A stretch of 42,886 nucleotides of DNA, from the IMG/VR virus record IMGVR_UViG_3300025872_000101, positions 1 through 42,886 of that record; one strand, given 5' to 3'. How positions within the stretch are numbered: position 1 is the stretch's first letter; the number at the start of each line of letters is the position of its first letter. The position numbers were made by a program, and so were the translations under genes. The stretch comes from a virus (taxonomy: Duplodnaviria; Caudoviricetes). Under the pieces are notes generated by a model that saw nothing but the letters and a program-made list of their open reading frames with translations, did not search any database and was not told the origin of the DNA. Positions 8,902 through 18,115 of the stretch are shown here, in pieces.

Positions 8902-10634
8902 TATTCAATATATATATATCCGCCAAAAATAGTAGTCAGCGGATTGGTTGCCCATGTAGGATTAATCATTTTAATCTCAATGTAATCGCCTGCCACTACT
9001 GCAATGGCCAAGGAACTGTTGTTGAAACGCCTTTCGTTGGTTGCTGCTCCAATGGTCTGAACCAAGGTATCTGTGGTATTGTTTTTACGGATATAGCATG
9101 ACCAGTTCTCAGCCGTTCCTGCCGTTCCTGAGTAGCAATAAATCTCAGCGCGTGTTATGTTTCCTGCCCTTGGAATATAAACCTTGGATATGTTGGCGGT
9201 AGTTACAGGAGCCTTTGGAAGGTTTCCAAAGTATATCGTTTGAGCATCCACAGGCGATGAGGTCAAAGCCTGAACCGACAAGGTATAACCTGTGTCAAGG
9301 TCTCCACTACCAAGAATTGATGTTCCATTTATGGTCTTAATATTGGTACCACTGACTAAGGCCGCTTGCTTGCTATTGAAGGTAGTCCAATCAGCACTAC
9401 TCAAATATCCTGACTGCGCTCCATTAGCCTGATTCACCTGAATCGATGTTCCCGAACCAATCACCGCGCTCGTTCCGCCAGATATAGTAAGAACCGAGCT
9501 TGTCGCTTCAGTCAGATTGCCCTTGGTCAAGGCAGGCTCTTTGCCGTTAAATGTATTCCAATCCGTACTGCTTAGATATCCATTTGTTGAAGTAGTAGCC
9601 TGAGTGATTCCAATGGTTCCGCTAGTGGTGATCGTACCTCCTGTTATCGGGCTGCTTGTGGCTATCGATGTGACCGTACCAGTTCCACTTGTTGGAGCTT
9701 GATTGACCCATAGCGTTCCATTATAAGTCAGCACATCCCCGGTGGATGGAGGCGTGGTGATCAAATCCACATCATGAATCTCTGAAAGCTCATAGCCGTT
9801 CTGAGGCCTTACATATATCTGACCTGCTCCAGCATTGGCTCTCTCAACCACTCCGATATACACCAAATGTTCAGGAGCATAAGGCTTGGTGGCAGTCAAA
9901 TCGCCAAAGGTATTGGCCAAATAAAGCGTATCGCCTGCCACAAACATGCTCGTATCAATCCCATCCAATACACCCTGACAGATTACCAATCCATTCTGAC
10001 CTGCTGCAATATCCTCGGCAGCTAATCCCAATGTCTTGGCGGAATACTGATCGCTGGTATTCTTGGCAAGCTTAATGGTGGCCTTGTTTCCACTTGCCTG
10101 ATACAAATAAACCGCCTGACCTTTGGTGATCGTTACCGCCTCGGCATTCTTGACATAAGCATATAGCTGCTGACCTATCTGACATCTAACACTGGTGCTA
10201 TCAAAGTCATAAGCCAATGCCAGAGTATTGCCCACATAACCTATCTGAGCTTGACCAGGGCCGACTGTCGGAGTCTGACTGAACGCCACAAAATCAGCGG
10301 TAAGGCCATAAGGGGTTAAGTCCACATTCTGCGTAGCACCGGTATATGGAACATAACCGCTCAGATTCGGAAAAGCCGATATCATATAGCCTTCGATGGT
10401 CTGCTTCACCTCACTTGCAGAGGTCGGAGTCAGCATGCCGAAGGTTACATCATTATAATCCAAGATGAGCTTTCGAGTAATGCCAGGACTTCCCTTCTCC
10501 GTATCAGTCCAATACAGATAACAGTATGGCTCATCCACGGTCATGTAAATCCTGAACTTGGGAATATACCAAGTCCTGACCGAATCGGTCACCTCAATCT
10601 CAAGCTCACTGAAGTCGGTTATATTGTAACTCAT
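8901..10634 (-). CDS. Tail fibre-like protein
   Basis: G/T/S-rich repeats (GYLSSTDWNTFNGK and GYLSSADWTTFNSK; GTNIKTINGTSILGSG); DUF2190-like segment KGQAVY...GLAAEDIAAG. Confidence 0.7.
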   Translation of the reverse strand: MSYNITDFSELEIEVTDSVRTWYIPKFRIYMTVDEPYCYLYWTDTEKGSPGITRKLILDYNDVTFGMLTPTSASEVKQTIEGYMISAFPNLSGYVPYTGATQNVDLTPYGLTADFVAFSQTPTVGPGQAQIGYVGNTLALAYDFDSTSVRCQIGQQLYAYVKNAEAVTITKGQAVYLYQASGNKATIKLAKNTSDQYSAKTLGLAAEDIAAGQNGLVICQGVLDGIDTSMFVAGDTLYLANTFGDLTATKPYAPEHLVYIGVVERANAGAGQIYVRPQNGYELSEIHDVDLITTPPSTGDVLTYNGTLWVNQAPTSGTGTVTSIATSSPITGGTITTSGTIGITQATTSTNGYLSSTDWNTFNGKEPALTKGNLTEATSSVLTISGGTSAVIGSGTSIQVNQANGAQSGYLSSADWTTFNSKQAALVSGTNIKTINGTSILGSGDLDTGYTLSVQALTSSPVDAQTIYFGNLPKAPVTTANISKVYIPRAGNITRAEIYCYSGTAGTAENWSCYIRKNNTTDTLVQTIGAATNERRFNNSSLAIAVVAGDYIEIKMINPTWATNPLTTIFGGYIYIE

Positions 10635-13600
10635 GCTCTGTAAATGTCTCGGATTGGTAGCTTCTTGGCGATGGCATCGGCTATCTCATCCACATTGCGG
10701 ATATACTGTCCTCGTTTGCGCTGGGCTTCAAGATCCGATGGAGTCAATCCTGTCTGATTGTAAACAATCGAATTAGCCATGTTCTCGGCGAAACTCTTGG
10801 CGCGTTGGTTATCCTTCGCCTCCTTCTGAGCCATCAAAGCAGGAGTGATATAGTTCTTATAGACATAATCATCAAGCTTGTTGTCGTACATGGCATCGAT
10901 TATATCCGCATACTTGCGAGTCTGTCTGGCAGGAAGCACCTTGCTGTTGGATGGCATGAACACCAATTCCTCGCCTTCCTCACCGACCCTAGCTAGGTGG
11001 CCTTTTGGACCGGTATCCTTAGAACCTTTGCGGTATGGGATGGGTTTTGCTGCAACCGCTGCTAATTGAAGGGCTGAAGTTGTGGCAATAATGGCTGAAA
11101 GAATTGCATTCAATGGAGGCGGTTCTTTTTGAGCATTTACCAATGCCACAGCAGTAGCCAAGCCAATCTCAAAAGTCGCATTAGCTTTTTCTAAAATAGC
11201 TTGTTTGCGCTTTTCATCATTTATCTTTTTTTGAGCAGCTTCTTCCCTTTTTTTCTTTTCATCCAGTAATTTTTTTTCATTAGCTGCTGCCTCTTCTTCA
11301 CTGATTCTTCGCTTTTCTAATAATTCCTCATTTTTTAGCAATTGCTCATCAATATTCTCAATCTGAGCATCTCTTTCTTTTTCTATTTGAGAAATTCTTT
11401 CATCACTAAATACATTATATAAGTTAGAAAGCTCCGAAAACAATTGTTTTGTAGCATCTAAAACTTTAAATAATGCTTCAATCCTAGCCTCAGTTGATCT
11501 CTTAGTTTCGGCTTCAATAGTATCATTTAGCTGCTTATTGTTTTCAGCAATCTTTTTATTTAACTCTTTATCGGCATTCTCAATTTGGTTATCATACTTA
11601 ACCTTTATTGCTTTCCTCTCAGCATCTCCAGCCTCACCTGCCTGAACCTTGGCCAATTCAGTCTCCCTAGCATTTTCAATCCTAGTCTTGTTGATATTGT
11701 TTTCCTCGGTTAATGCCTGATTCAAAGCTTCAGTTCGAGCCGTTACAGCTTGTTTAGCCGCCTCAAAATCAGCCTTGCTAATCGCCTGAGCCAAATCCTC
11801 AAAGCTGTTGGATACTGCTTCATTGGCCGCTTCAACCTTATCGGCTTCAATAACCAAAGCCTGCTCAAGATCTAAAGCATCAATCTGGGCATAAGCAGCC
11901 TCAATCCGTGCTACCTGTTCAGCACTGATAATATTCAGTTCATTCTGCTCATTGAACTGGGCAAGATTCAATCGTGCCTGCTTCAGTTCCTCATATTTCT
12001 TGATAACCTCCTGCTTCTGCTCATCACTCAACTTCTTATCTTCCTGAACCAATTTAATCTTGCCAGCTATCTCATCATTGATGGCCTGCTCGTTCAAATC
12101 CGCCAAAGCCTTGATACGAGCTTCCTGCTCCGCCTGGCTCTTGGCCGGAATAACTTCTATCTTGCGCTTGGCAAGATCGGCCTCAAGCTTGGCTACCTCG
12201 GAATCTATTGACTGAATCAGTTTCTTGAATTCCTCTAATGCCTTGGCCGCCTCTTCAGCTGCTTTTTCTGCTGCTTCAGCTTGCTTCTTTCTTATTTCAA
12301 GTTCCTTTTCAATAGCCTCAACATTCTGATTTGCCGCATTGCCTTGTATCTTGCGCTGCTTTTCAAGTTCAGCGGTAAGTTCCTTAGTTGATTTTTTCTT
12401 TAATTCAATCGATGATAATATATTGTCATCAGCAGCAGCCACTTCTTCAGAAGTCTTTTGAGCCACTTTCAAAGTATCCTCATAACCTTGATTAAAGGCA
12501 GCAGCCAAATCACTGCCAGCCTGTGAAAAAGTAGTCTTAACCTTTCCTAATCCTGACTTTATCTTATTGGTATCGAGATTCGTAATGCCTTCCAAGGTAT
12601 CAACTATGCCAGCACCTACACCTGTGACAGTGTTTCCAATCTCTTGGAATCCTACTTTGAAAACATTGACAACACCGCCGACAGTTGCAGCTACCTTGGT
12701 AAGTGTCTCAAGGAATAACCCAAATAATTTAGTCGCTAAAACTAATGGGCCATTTATAATTGTAAAGGCAACTTGTAGGGCTGATGTATCCTTGGTTAAT
12801 TCCTTTATCTTATTTAAAATAACATCAGGAATAAGGTTAGCCAAGGCATTACCTAACTGCTTCACAGCATCCACCAATGGCTGTACTATATCCTGGGCAA
12901 ATCTTGCGAATTCATTTAAATAAACCACAATGCCCTGACCAATCGCCTCAATATAATCTTCAGTGGCGTTCTGGGTTTTCTTTAATTGACCCTCGGTTGT
13001 CTTTAATTTTTCAGCTGCATTGCCTTGGAACCTTGCAAAAGTTTCAGTTATCTTATTTAAATTTTCTTGCTTGGTGGCGTTGGCATCAACCTGTAATCCA
13101 TATTTTTTAAACTCACCAGCTCGACCTTCCAAAGCTGAACCAACTGAATTAATGGCACCCAATAAATCCTCAGTATTTGAGGCATAATCAATAATGCCAG
13201 GTATGGCCTTTTCAATCTGCTGGCTTGTCAATCCAAATTCGGCCAAGGCAGCTTGAGCCTTTCTGATTTCATCAGCATCAAATATGGAAGTCTCTTGGAA
13301 TCTATCCGCTTGATCACTTAATCTTTGAAATGCATCTTCACCTTCACTACCTATTTCAGTAATGGCAAATCTTAATTTAGCTGATGCGGATTCGGCATCT
13401 AAGAAAGCATTGACTGCCTGCCTTCCGAAGTTTATCAAAGCCTCGGCACTGAATGCAATACCAAATGCCGAACCAATTTTGTTAAGAGTTCCTAATACTT
13501 GCTCATTGCCTTGAGATACCTGTCTTTGAGCTGCATTGATATCCGAAGCGGCTTTTTTATATGAACCACCTAACAGTTCAATCCTGTTTTGAGTGGCCGC

Positions 13601-13870
13601 TATCTGTGAATTGTATTTGGCAATGTCGGCAGGATCAAAGGCAAGCTTCTGAGCCTGTTTGAGCTTTTCAAGTTTCAACCTTTCCTGCTCAAGTAACTGT
13701 ACTCGCTTCTTAGCTGCAAACTCGGCACTATTGGCGGCCTTGGTCTGTTCAGCTGTGTTCTGCTTAGTGGCCTTGGTCAGTTCCTCCTGACTTTCTATTA
13801 ACTTATTTAAGTCAGCCTCAAGCTGCGAAACATCAGCCCGGTACCGTATGAGTATATCTTCAGTTGCCAT
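10631..13870 (-). CDS. Tape measure protein
   Basis: 1079 aa, Ala/Glu/Lys-rich helical; C-terminal ARVGEEGEELV motif; preceded by a chaperone with a slippery site. Confidence 0.9.
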   Translation of the reverse strand: MATEDILIRYRADVSQLEADLNKLIESQEELTKATKQNTAEQTKAANSAEFAAKKRVQLLEQERLKLEKLKQAQKLAFDPADIAKYNSQIAATQNRIELLGGSYKKAASDINAAQRQVSQGNEQVLGTLNKIGSAFGIAFSAEALINFGRQAVNAFLDAESASAKLRFAITEIGSEGEDAFQRLSDQADRFQETSIFDADEIRKAQAALAEFGLTSQQIEKAIPGIIDYASNTEDLLGAINSVGSALEGRAGEFKKYGLQVDANATKQENLNKITETFARFQGNAAEKLKTTEGQLKKTQNATEDYIEAIGQGIVVYLNEFARFAQDIVQPLVDAVKQLGNALANLIPDVILNKIKELTKDTSALQVAFTIINGPLVLATKLFGLFLETLTKVAATVGGVVNVFKVGFQEIGNTVTGVGAGIVDTLEGITNLDTNKIKSGLGKVKTTFSQAGSDLAAAFNQGYEDTLKVAQKTSEEVAAADDNILSSIELKKKSTKELTAELEKQRKIQGNAANQNVEAIEKELEIRKKQAEAAEKAAEEAAKALEEFKKLIQSIDSEVAKLEADLAKRKIEVIPAKSQAEQEARIKALADLNEQAINDEIAGKIKLVQEDKKLSDEQKQEVIKKYEELKQARLNLAQFNEQNELNIISAEQVARIEAAYAQIDALDLEQALVIEADKVEAANEAVSNSFEDLAQAISKADFEAAKQAVTARTEALNQALTEENNINKTRIENARETELAKVQAGEAGDAERKAIKVKYDNQIENADKELNKKIAENNKQLNDTIEAETKRSTEARIEALFKVLDATKQLFSELSNLYNVFSDERISQIEKERDAQIENIDEQLLKNEELLEKRRISEEEAAANEKKLLDEKKKREEAAQKKINDEKRKQAILEKANATFEIGLATAVALVNAQKEPPPLNAILSAIIATTSALQLAAVAAKPIPYRKGSKDTGPKGHLARVGEEGEELVFMPSNSKVLPARQTRKYADIIDAMYDNKLDDYVYKNYITPALMAQKEAKDNQRAKSFAENMANSIVYNQTGLTPSDLEAQRKRGQYIRNVDEIADAIAKKLPIRDIYRA

Positions 13871-13888
13871 GCTGTAAATTTAACCAAT

Positions 13889-14206
13889 TCAGCGTTTAAT
13901 GGGTGACTTTTCTTTAGGCTTACTCAACAAAACCTTCTTCACATAAGCCTCCATGGAGATCAGGTAGGTCTCGCAACTGGCTTCCATCATGGCCTCATAG
14001 TTCCTCACATCACCCTCAACCAACATCATGACATGGGTACGGTGGTCTTCTTGGCGGCTGCGGATCCTTTCGCGCCACGAAAGTATGAAAGCATCCTCTT
14101 TAGGCGGTCTCTCTCCCGAATCGAGCTGACCAACAATGTTTCCCAATCTTGTGGTGAACACTTTAACAACTCGTTTAGAAGCCTCAATTCGGGAGTCTGA
14201 AAAAAA
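13889..14206 (-). CDS. -1 frame extension of tail assembly chaperone (gpT-like); alternatively a 46-aa ORF from ATG 14029
   Basis: Frame is open from heptamer T TTT TTT (14206-14200) to stop at 13889, directly upstream of the tape measure gene. Confidence 0.6.
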   Translation of the reverse strand, partial: FFSDSRIEASKRVVKVFTTRLGNIVGQLDSGERPPKEDAFILSWRERIRSRQEDHRTHVMMLVEGDVRNYEAMMEASCETYLISMEAYVKKVLLSKPKEKSPIKR

Positions 14207-14715
14207 GCGTAATCGGGGTGCTGATAGTACAGCTGCTGTAAGGCCTCGACCTTCTCATCGTGAATCTTCTGGACAAACTTGGCGGCAGGCTCATCCTCCC
14301 GAACCAACTGAACCGCCATGAACTGCCACATCAGCTGATCGTGCAGGATCATCTGTTGGCGTTCCTTGATCTGACTAAGCACCGCGCCAATCTTGACCAC
14401 ATCGGCCTTCTTGCCTGCCAGTGCCAAAGCCAACTCGCCATTGGCCACATCAATCAAAGCGGTCAGCTCCTTCTCATCAAGACCTGCCGACATCATGGTC
14501 AAGAAGTCCTGCATCTTGCCCATACGCTCCAATGGGATGATGGTGCTGGAGCCTGTGAACCGATAGTAGACCTTGCCATCCAAATCCACCAAGGCTTTGT
14601 CCATGCTGATCTTGTCGCCCTGCGGAACCTCGGCAGCGTAAAGCTTAAGCAGCTCCTCCCGGTGTTCCTTCCAGATCGCCTTCAGGTCGGGTTGTTTCTT
14701 TTTGAATATCATCAT
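14026..14715 (-). CDS. Tail assembly chaperone (gpG-like)
   Basis: Helical 229-aa ORF upstream of tape measure; contains in-frame GCT TTT TTT CAG. Confidence 0.6.
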   Translation of the reverse strand: MMIFKKKQPDLKAIWKEHREELLKLYAAEVPQGDKISMDKALVDLDGKVYYRFTGSSTIIPLERMGKMQDFLTMMSAGLDEKELTALIDVANGELALALAGKKADVVKIGAVLSQIKERQQMILHDQLMWQFMAVQLVREDEPAAKFVQKIHDEKVEALQQLYYQHPDYAFFQTPELRLLNELLKCSPQDWETLLVSSIRERDRLKRMLSYFRGAKGSAAAKKTTVPMS

Positions 14716-14842
14716 TTAATAGTAATGGGTAACGCTGTGTGGGTGGCGCACATTTACGCCACTTGCCCTCAATCAACACATACCACTCGCCTCCGCGCAT
14801 GATGTAATGGAAACCATGAACGCGGTGGTAGTGCTTCTTCAT
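14645..14842 (-). CDS. Hypothetical protein (65 aa, MKKHYHRV...)
   Basis: ATG at 14842 forms an ATGA overlap with the upstream stop. Confidence 0.45.
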   Translation of the reverse strand: MKKHYHRVHGFHYIMRGGEWYVLIEGKWRKCAPPTQRYPLLLNDDIQKETTRPEGDLEGTPGGAA

Positions 14843-15177
14843 GTGTTGAAATTGTATCTTATAAGTCCATTGATGCCGCATGTGCCGAGCATAAAGAACG
14901 GCCAATAGTACCACGGCAAAGATAGATACAAAAGCGCAGGAACTGACCAAACTGACCCCATGCATGGTAGGCAAAAATACAGGGGTTTCCGCATCAGGTA
15001 AGGCAGATAAGAACCATACCACCTGACCCACCAAAGTATCATCGCCCCATCGATACGCTCCTTGCGCAATATCTCAGGGCTGTCATCGAAAGCCTCGTAA
15101 TTATTGAACTGAGCCGAGACATACACCCCGACCGAGATGCAGCTCGAAACGATTATGCCAGCTAGTATCTCAAGCAT
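14839..15177 (-). CDS. Small membrane protein with CxxC (DUF1360-like)
   Basis: Hydrophobic segments and KPLYFCLPCMGSVW. Confidence 0.55.
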   Translation of the reverse strand: MLEILAGIIVSSCISVGVYVSAQFNNYEAFDDSPEILRKERIDGAMILWWVRWYGSYLPYLMRKPLYFCLPCMGSVWSVPALLYLSLPWYYWPFFMLGTCGINGLIRYNFNT

Positions 15178-15574
15178 CGCACTGACCTGTGGTTAGTTCG
15201 ATTTCCCCATCACCAACCAAAGGCTTCAAGGTGGTGAACTTCAAGCAACAGGTCTGCTGCCCTTCGATGCTGGCAATGACCGACTCAAGGTTCAGTGTGG
15301 TGAACTCAAGCTCGTAGCTGTGGCCCATCAAGTCATAAGCCGATGTGATGTCAAGACCAGCGGTCGGATTGCCATCGGTCTCCGTGATCTCGCCCATGGC
15401 ATCGATGGTCAAAGTGAATAAAGACTGCCTGTTGTTGCTCACATCCCACAGAATCGCATATAGATTGGTGCTGACATTATTGGGGAAGGTTATCCCTGTC
15501 AATATGATTTCGCCACCAGGCTCCACGCAGCGTGGTAGTGGGTTGACTTGTAGACATGATTTGCAATACATCAC
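15170..15574 (-). CDS. Hypothetical Cys-rich acidic protein, possibly structural
   Basis: 134 aa, overlaps terL stop. Confidence 0.55.
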   Translation of the reverse strand: MMYCKSCLQVNPLPRCVEPGGEIILTGITFPNNVSTNLYAILWDVSNNRQSLFTLTIDAMGEITETDGNPTAGLDITSAYDLMGHSYELEFTTLNLESVIASIEGQQTCCLKFTTLKPLVGDGEIELTTGQCDA

Positions 15575-16878
15575 CTGAAGTTTAATTGTCCGAAGTTACT
15601 CTTTTGATGCCGCTCAATGTCGGCCTTTACAAATGTATTAATTAAATACCTTGCACAGTCAAGAAAATCAGCCTTTTGGTTCAAATCCTTACGATTGCCC
15701 TTGATGATGGACCCATTGGCATCGCACTGAACCATCCGCATATCATTGGCCAAACCTGGGCAGGTCGATGGATTCACCTTGACATGTATCATGTTCCTGC
15801 GCTCCGTAGCTATATGAAGCAGGTAGTTGAAATCGTTACGGCTGCCCTCATGGGTTGGGTTGGGCGGTAGTACCATCTGAGCATCCCTGATCCCTAGCAA
15901 TCGGCGCAAGGTCTCGTAGTTGCTGGCGTTGTCGGCCAAGGCTATATTCCTGTTCTTGCCCATCGCATCACCGGTCAGCTTGGCGTTATGCAGGATGCTG
16001 CCATACATCGCCTTGATGCGCTGCGCCATGGATTGAAGCGAACCGTTGTCGATGCTGAACTCATTCACAAAGTTGATGTGAAGCCCTGCCTCATCCCTCC
16101 ATATGTTGGCGAACACCACGGCGAATGGATTCAAGTTGAAGTCAATACCGATATGGAGCTGCTTCTTCCAATCCATGTTGACAGAGCTGTCAAAGTGGTG
16201 ATCCGCATCCAAGGCATATAGGAACGGATTGACCGCCTTGCCATCCACATCCGCTGCCATGTACTCGCAATCGAACACCAATGGAGGCAAGATGGTCCGC
16301 ATCATTTCAATCTCTTCTCGATTGATATGAGGATTGTCATAAGTCGAATAGACAAAGGTCTTCCAGGCATCAGGCTGTATATCCTGCTGCTTGCAAAGCT
16401 TCTTGAAGTAGGTCTGCCCGAATTGGGGCGTACTAAGGAAGTAAGCATCGCCACCGTAATCGGTTAAGGTAGGAGCAATGGCTTGAGTCCAGGCTTCCTC
16501 GAACTTGCCAGCCTTCTCGCACTCATCAATCAGCACCCGGTGGTACTTGCGACCTCGGCCTGAGTTAGGCTCTTCCATACTCCAGAAGTCAACCTTGGCA
16601 CCATTCAAGAACACCACTTGCTTGACCGTTTCGCTCTTATGCGTTATGATGTTATGGAAGTTGTTTAGGGTGGTGCGCCAAACCTCATACAAATCCTTGT
16701 AAGTCGGAGAGAAGTAGCCAGTATACCATCCGTTCTCGAACGACTCGGCTATCAACTCCTGACAAAGCTCGGTCTTGCCGAATCGCCTACCGCACTTAAG
16801 AACATTGAACCGCTTCCTGTTGTCCAACAAAAACTGTTGGTTCACATGCGGTCTCGGTAGCTCTAATTCTATCTGCAT
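15571..16878 (-). CDS. terL: Terminase large subunit
   Basis: Walker A GRRFGKT, Walker B VLIDECE, LSTP coupling motif, nuclease GIDFN and DFLDCARY. Confidence 0.95.
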   Translation of the reverse strand: MQIELELPRPHVNQQFLLDNRKRFNVLKCGRRFGKTELCQELIAESFENGWYTGYFSPTYKDLYEVWRTTLNNFHNIITHKSETVKQVVFLNGAKVDFWSMEEPNSGRGRKYHRVLIDECEKAGKFEEAWTQAIAPTLTDYGGDAYFLSTPQFGQTYFKKLCKQQDIQPDAWKTFVYSTYDNPHINREEIEMMRTILPPLVFDCEYMAADVDGKAVNPFLYALDADHHFDSSVNMDWKKQLHIGIDFNLNPFAVVFANIWRDEAGLHINFVNEFSIDNGSLQSMAQRIKAMYGSILHNAKLTGDAMGKNRNIALADNASNYETLRRLLGIRDAQMVLPPNPTHEGSRNDFNYLLHIATERRNMIHVKVNPSTCPGLANDMRMVQCDANGSIIKGNRKDLNQKADFLDCARYLINTFVKADIERHQKSNFGQLNFR

Positions 16879-16880
16879 TG

Positions 16881-16951
16881 TTGCCAGTGGGAGACTCGAA
16901 CTCCCATGCTACCCCATGAAGGAGCAGTGTTACCCTTTACATCAACTGGCA
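16881..16951 (-). tRNA. tRNA or tRNA-like element, anticodon ambiguous (CAU or UCA), no encoded CCA
   Basis: Acceptor stem TGCCAGT/ACTGGCA (7 bp); T-arm GGGAG-TTCGAGT-CTCCC; D-arm TGT-AAAGGGTA-ACA; irregular anticodon arm. Confidence 0.7.
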
Positions 16952-16953
16952 GA

Positions 16954-17223
16954 TCATTCCGCCTTGCGCTTGATGATTACTTCTATCTGTTGCGTGCCTT
17001 CCTGCTTAACCTCGGTGCGAGCTTGCTTGGGCTTGAAGTATTCGAGCAGTTTGCCGTAGTTATCGAGGAACTTGTCATCAGGCATGGTCTCCATGATTCG
17101 ATTAGCGCGTTCAGCGTGTCGAGTCAATAAAGCCTCTCCAAGATCCTCCCATTGCTTGGTTCTTTCGTTCTTGGATCCTGATGGCCTACCTGTGCTGTAT
17201 TTGTTGCCTTTTGGTGCTGGCAT
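16954..17223 (-). CDS. terS: Terminase small subunit (putative)
   Basis: MPAPKGNKYSTGRPSGSKN N-terminus typical of small terminases; upstream of terL. Confidence 0.7.
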   Translation of the reverse strand: MPAPKGNKYSTGRPSGSKNERTKQWEDLGEALLTRHAERANRIMETMPDDKFLDNYGKLLEYFKPKQARTEVKQEGTQQIEVIIKRKAE

Positions 17224-17243
17224 GAAGTTTTATGAAGTATGTT

Positions 17244-17375
17244 TTACTTTTTCTTCTTCACATGCTCTGGCAGGCTCTTATACGCGCTTTTAGGCGTTTT
17301 AGACGCAAAATGTTTACATAGCTTAGGGTCGGTAGCGCAGATAAACCGCTGCTGTGCTTTGCTTTTAAATGCCAT
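17244..17375 (-). CDS. Small basic phage protein (43 aa, MAFKSKAQQRFICATDPKLCKHFASKTPKSAYKSLPEHVKKKK)
   Basis: Hand-translated; fills the gap between VRR-NUC and terS; MxFKSKAQ start is a pattern I recall from small phage proteins. Confidence 0.65.
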   Translation of the reverse strand: MAFKSKAQQRFICATDPKLCKHFASKTPKSAYKSLPEHVKKKK

Positions 17376-17823
17376 GATTAGAAGATTTAGATTCTACAAA
17401 GGTAATGTATAATTGGTGGAATTGGTCGAAATCCTTCACGATCCAGTAGTACCCACCAGCTCGCTCAATCTTGGATTGGTAGTCCTTTTGAGCCTCGGAC
17501 TGCCTGTCCGCCCCTATCTTGATTTCAATGGCCACCTTGTAACCTTTGATTAGCGCATCGATATCAGCTATGCCCTTGACCTGTGTTGATGGGCGATAGA
17601 ATCCACCGCCCTTCTTGAACTTGTCGCTAACCCAAGTACCCTGGTTGTTTATCCGTGTAGCGAAATGGCCACTAAAGTTCAGGAAGTCTACCACCGCTTT
17701 GGTCAGTCCATTGGCTGTGCTGGTCTTATACTGCTTGGCAGGGCGGAATGAATCAGGGAAATCGGGGTGTCGCTTACGGTTGTCTTCGATGCTTAACTGC
17801 TTTAAATGGTCTAACGGCTTCAT
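17365..17823 (-). CDS. VRR-NUC / PD-(D/E)xK nuclease (probable junction resolvase)
   Basis: GIADIDALIKGYKVAIEIK...QSEAQK...IERAGG. Confidence 0.85.
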   Translation of the reverse strand: MKPLDHLKQLSIEDNRKRHPDFPDSFRPAKQYKTSTANGLTKAVVDFLNFSGHFATRINNQGTWVSDKFKKGGGFYRPSTQVKGIADIDALIKGYKVAIEIKIGADRQSEAQKDYQSKIERAGGYYWIVKDFDQFHQLYITFVESKSSNHGI

Positions 17824-17834
17824 TTTCAGTGATG

Positions 17835-18108
<274 letters not shown>

Positions 18109-18115
18109 AGTTACA

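Noticed and set aside
14260-14802. 180-aa plus-strand ORF and similar antisense ORFs (for example 4234-4650, 39258-39794, 40194-40646, 42195-42632)
   Set aside because: Shadows of well-supported genes on the opposite strand with no recognisable motifs
16876-16956. TerS-TerL fusion by stop readthrough (the two ORFs are in frame)
   Set aside because: The spacer reads TCT GCC AGT TGA TGT AAA GGG TAA, with further stops including TAA
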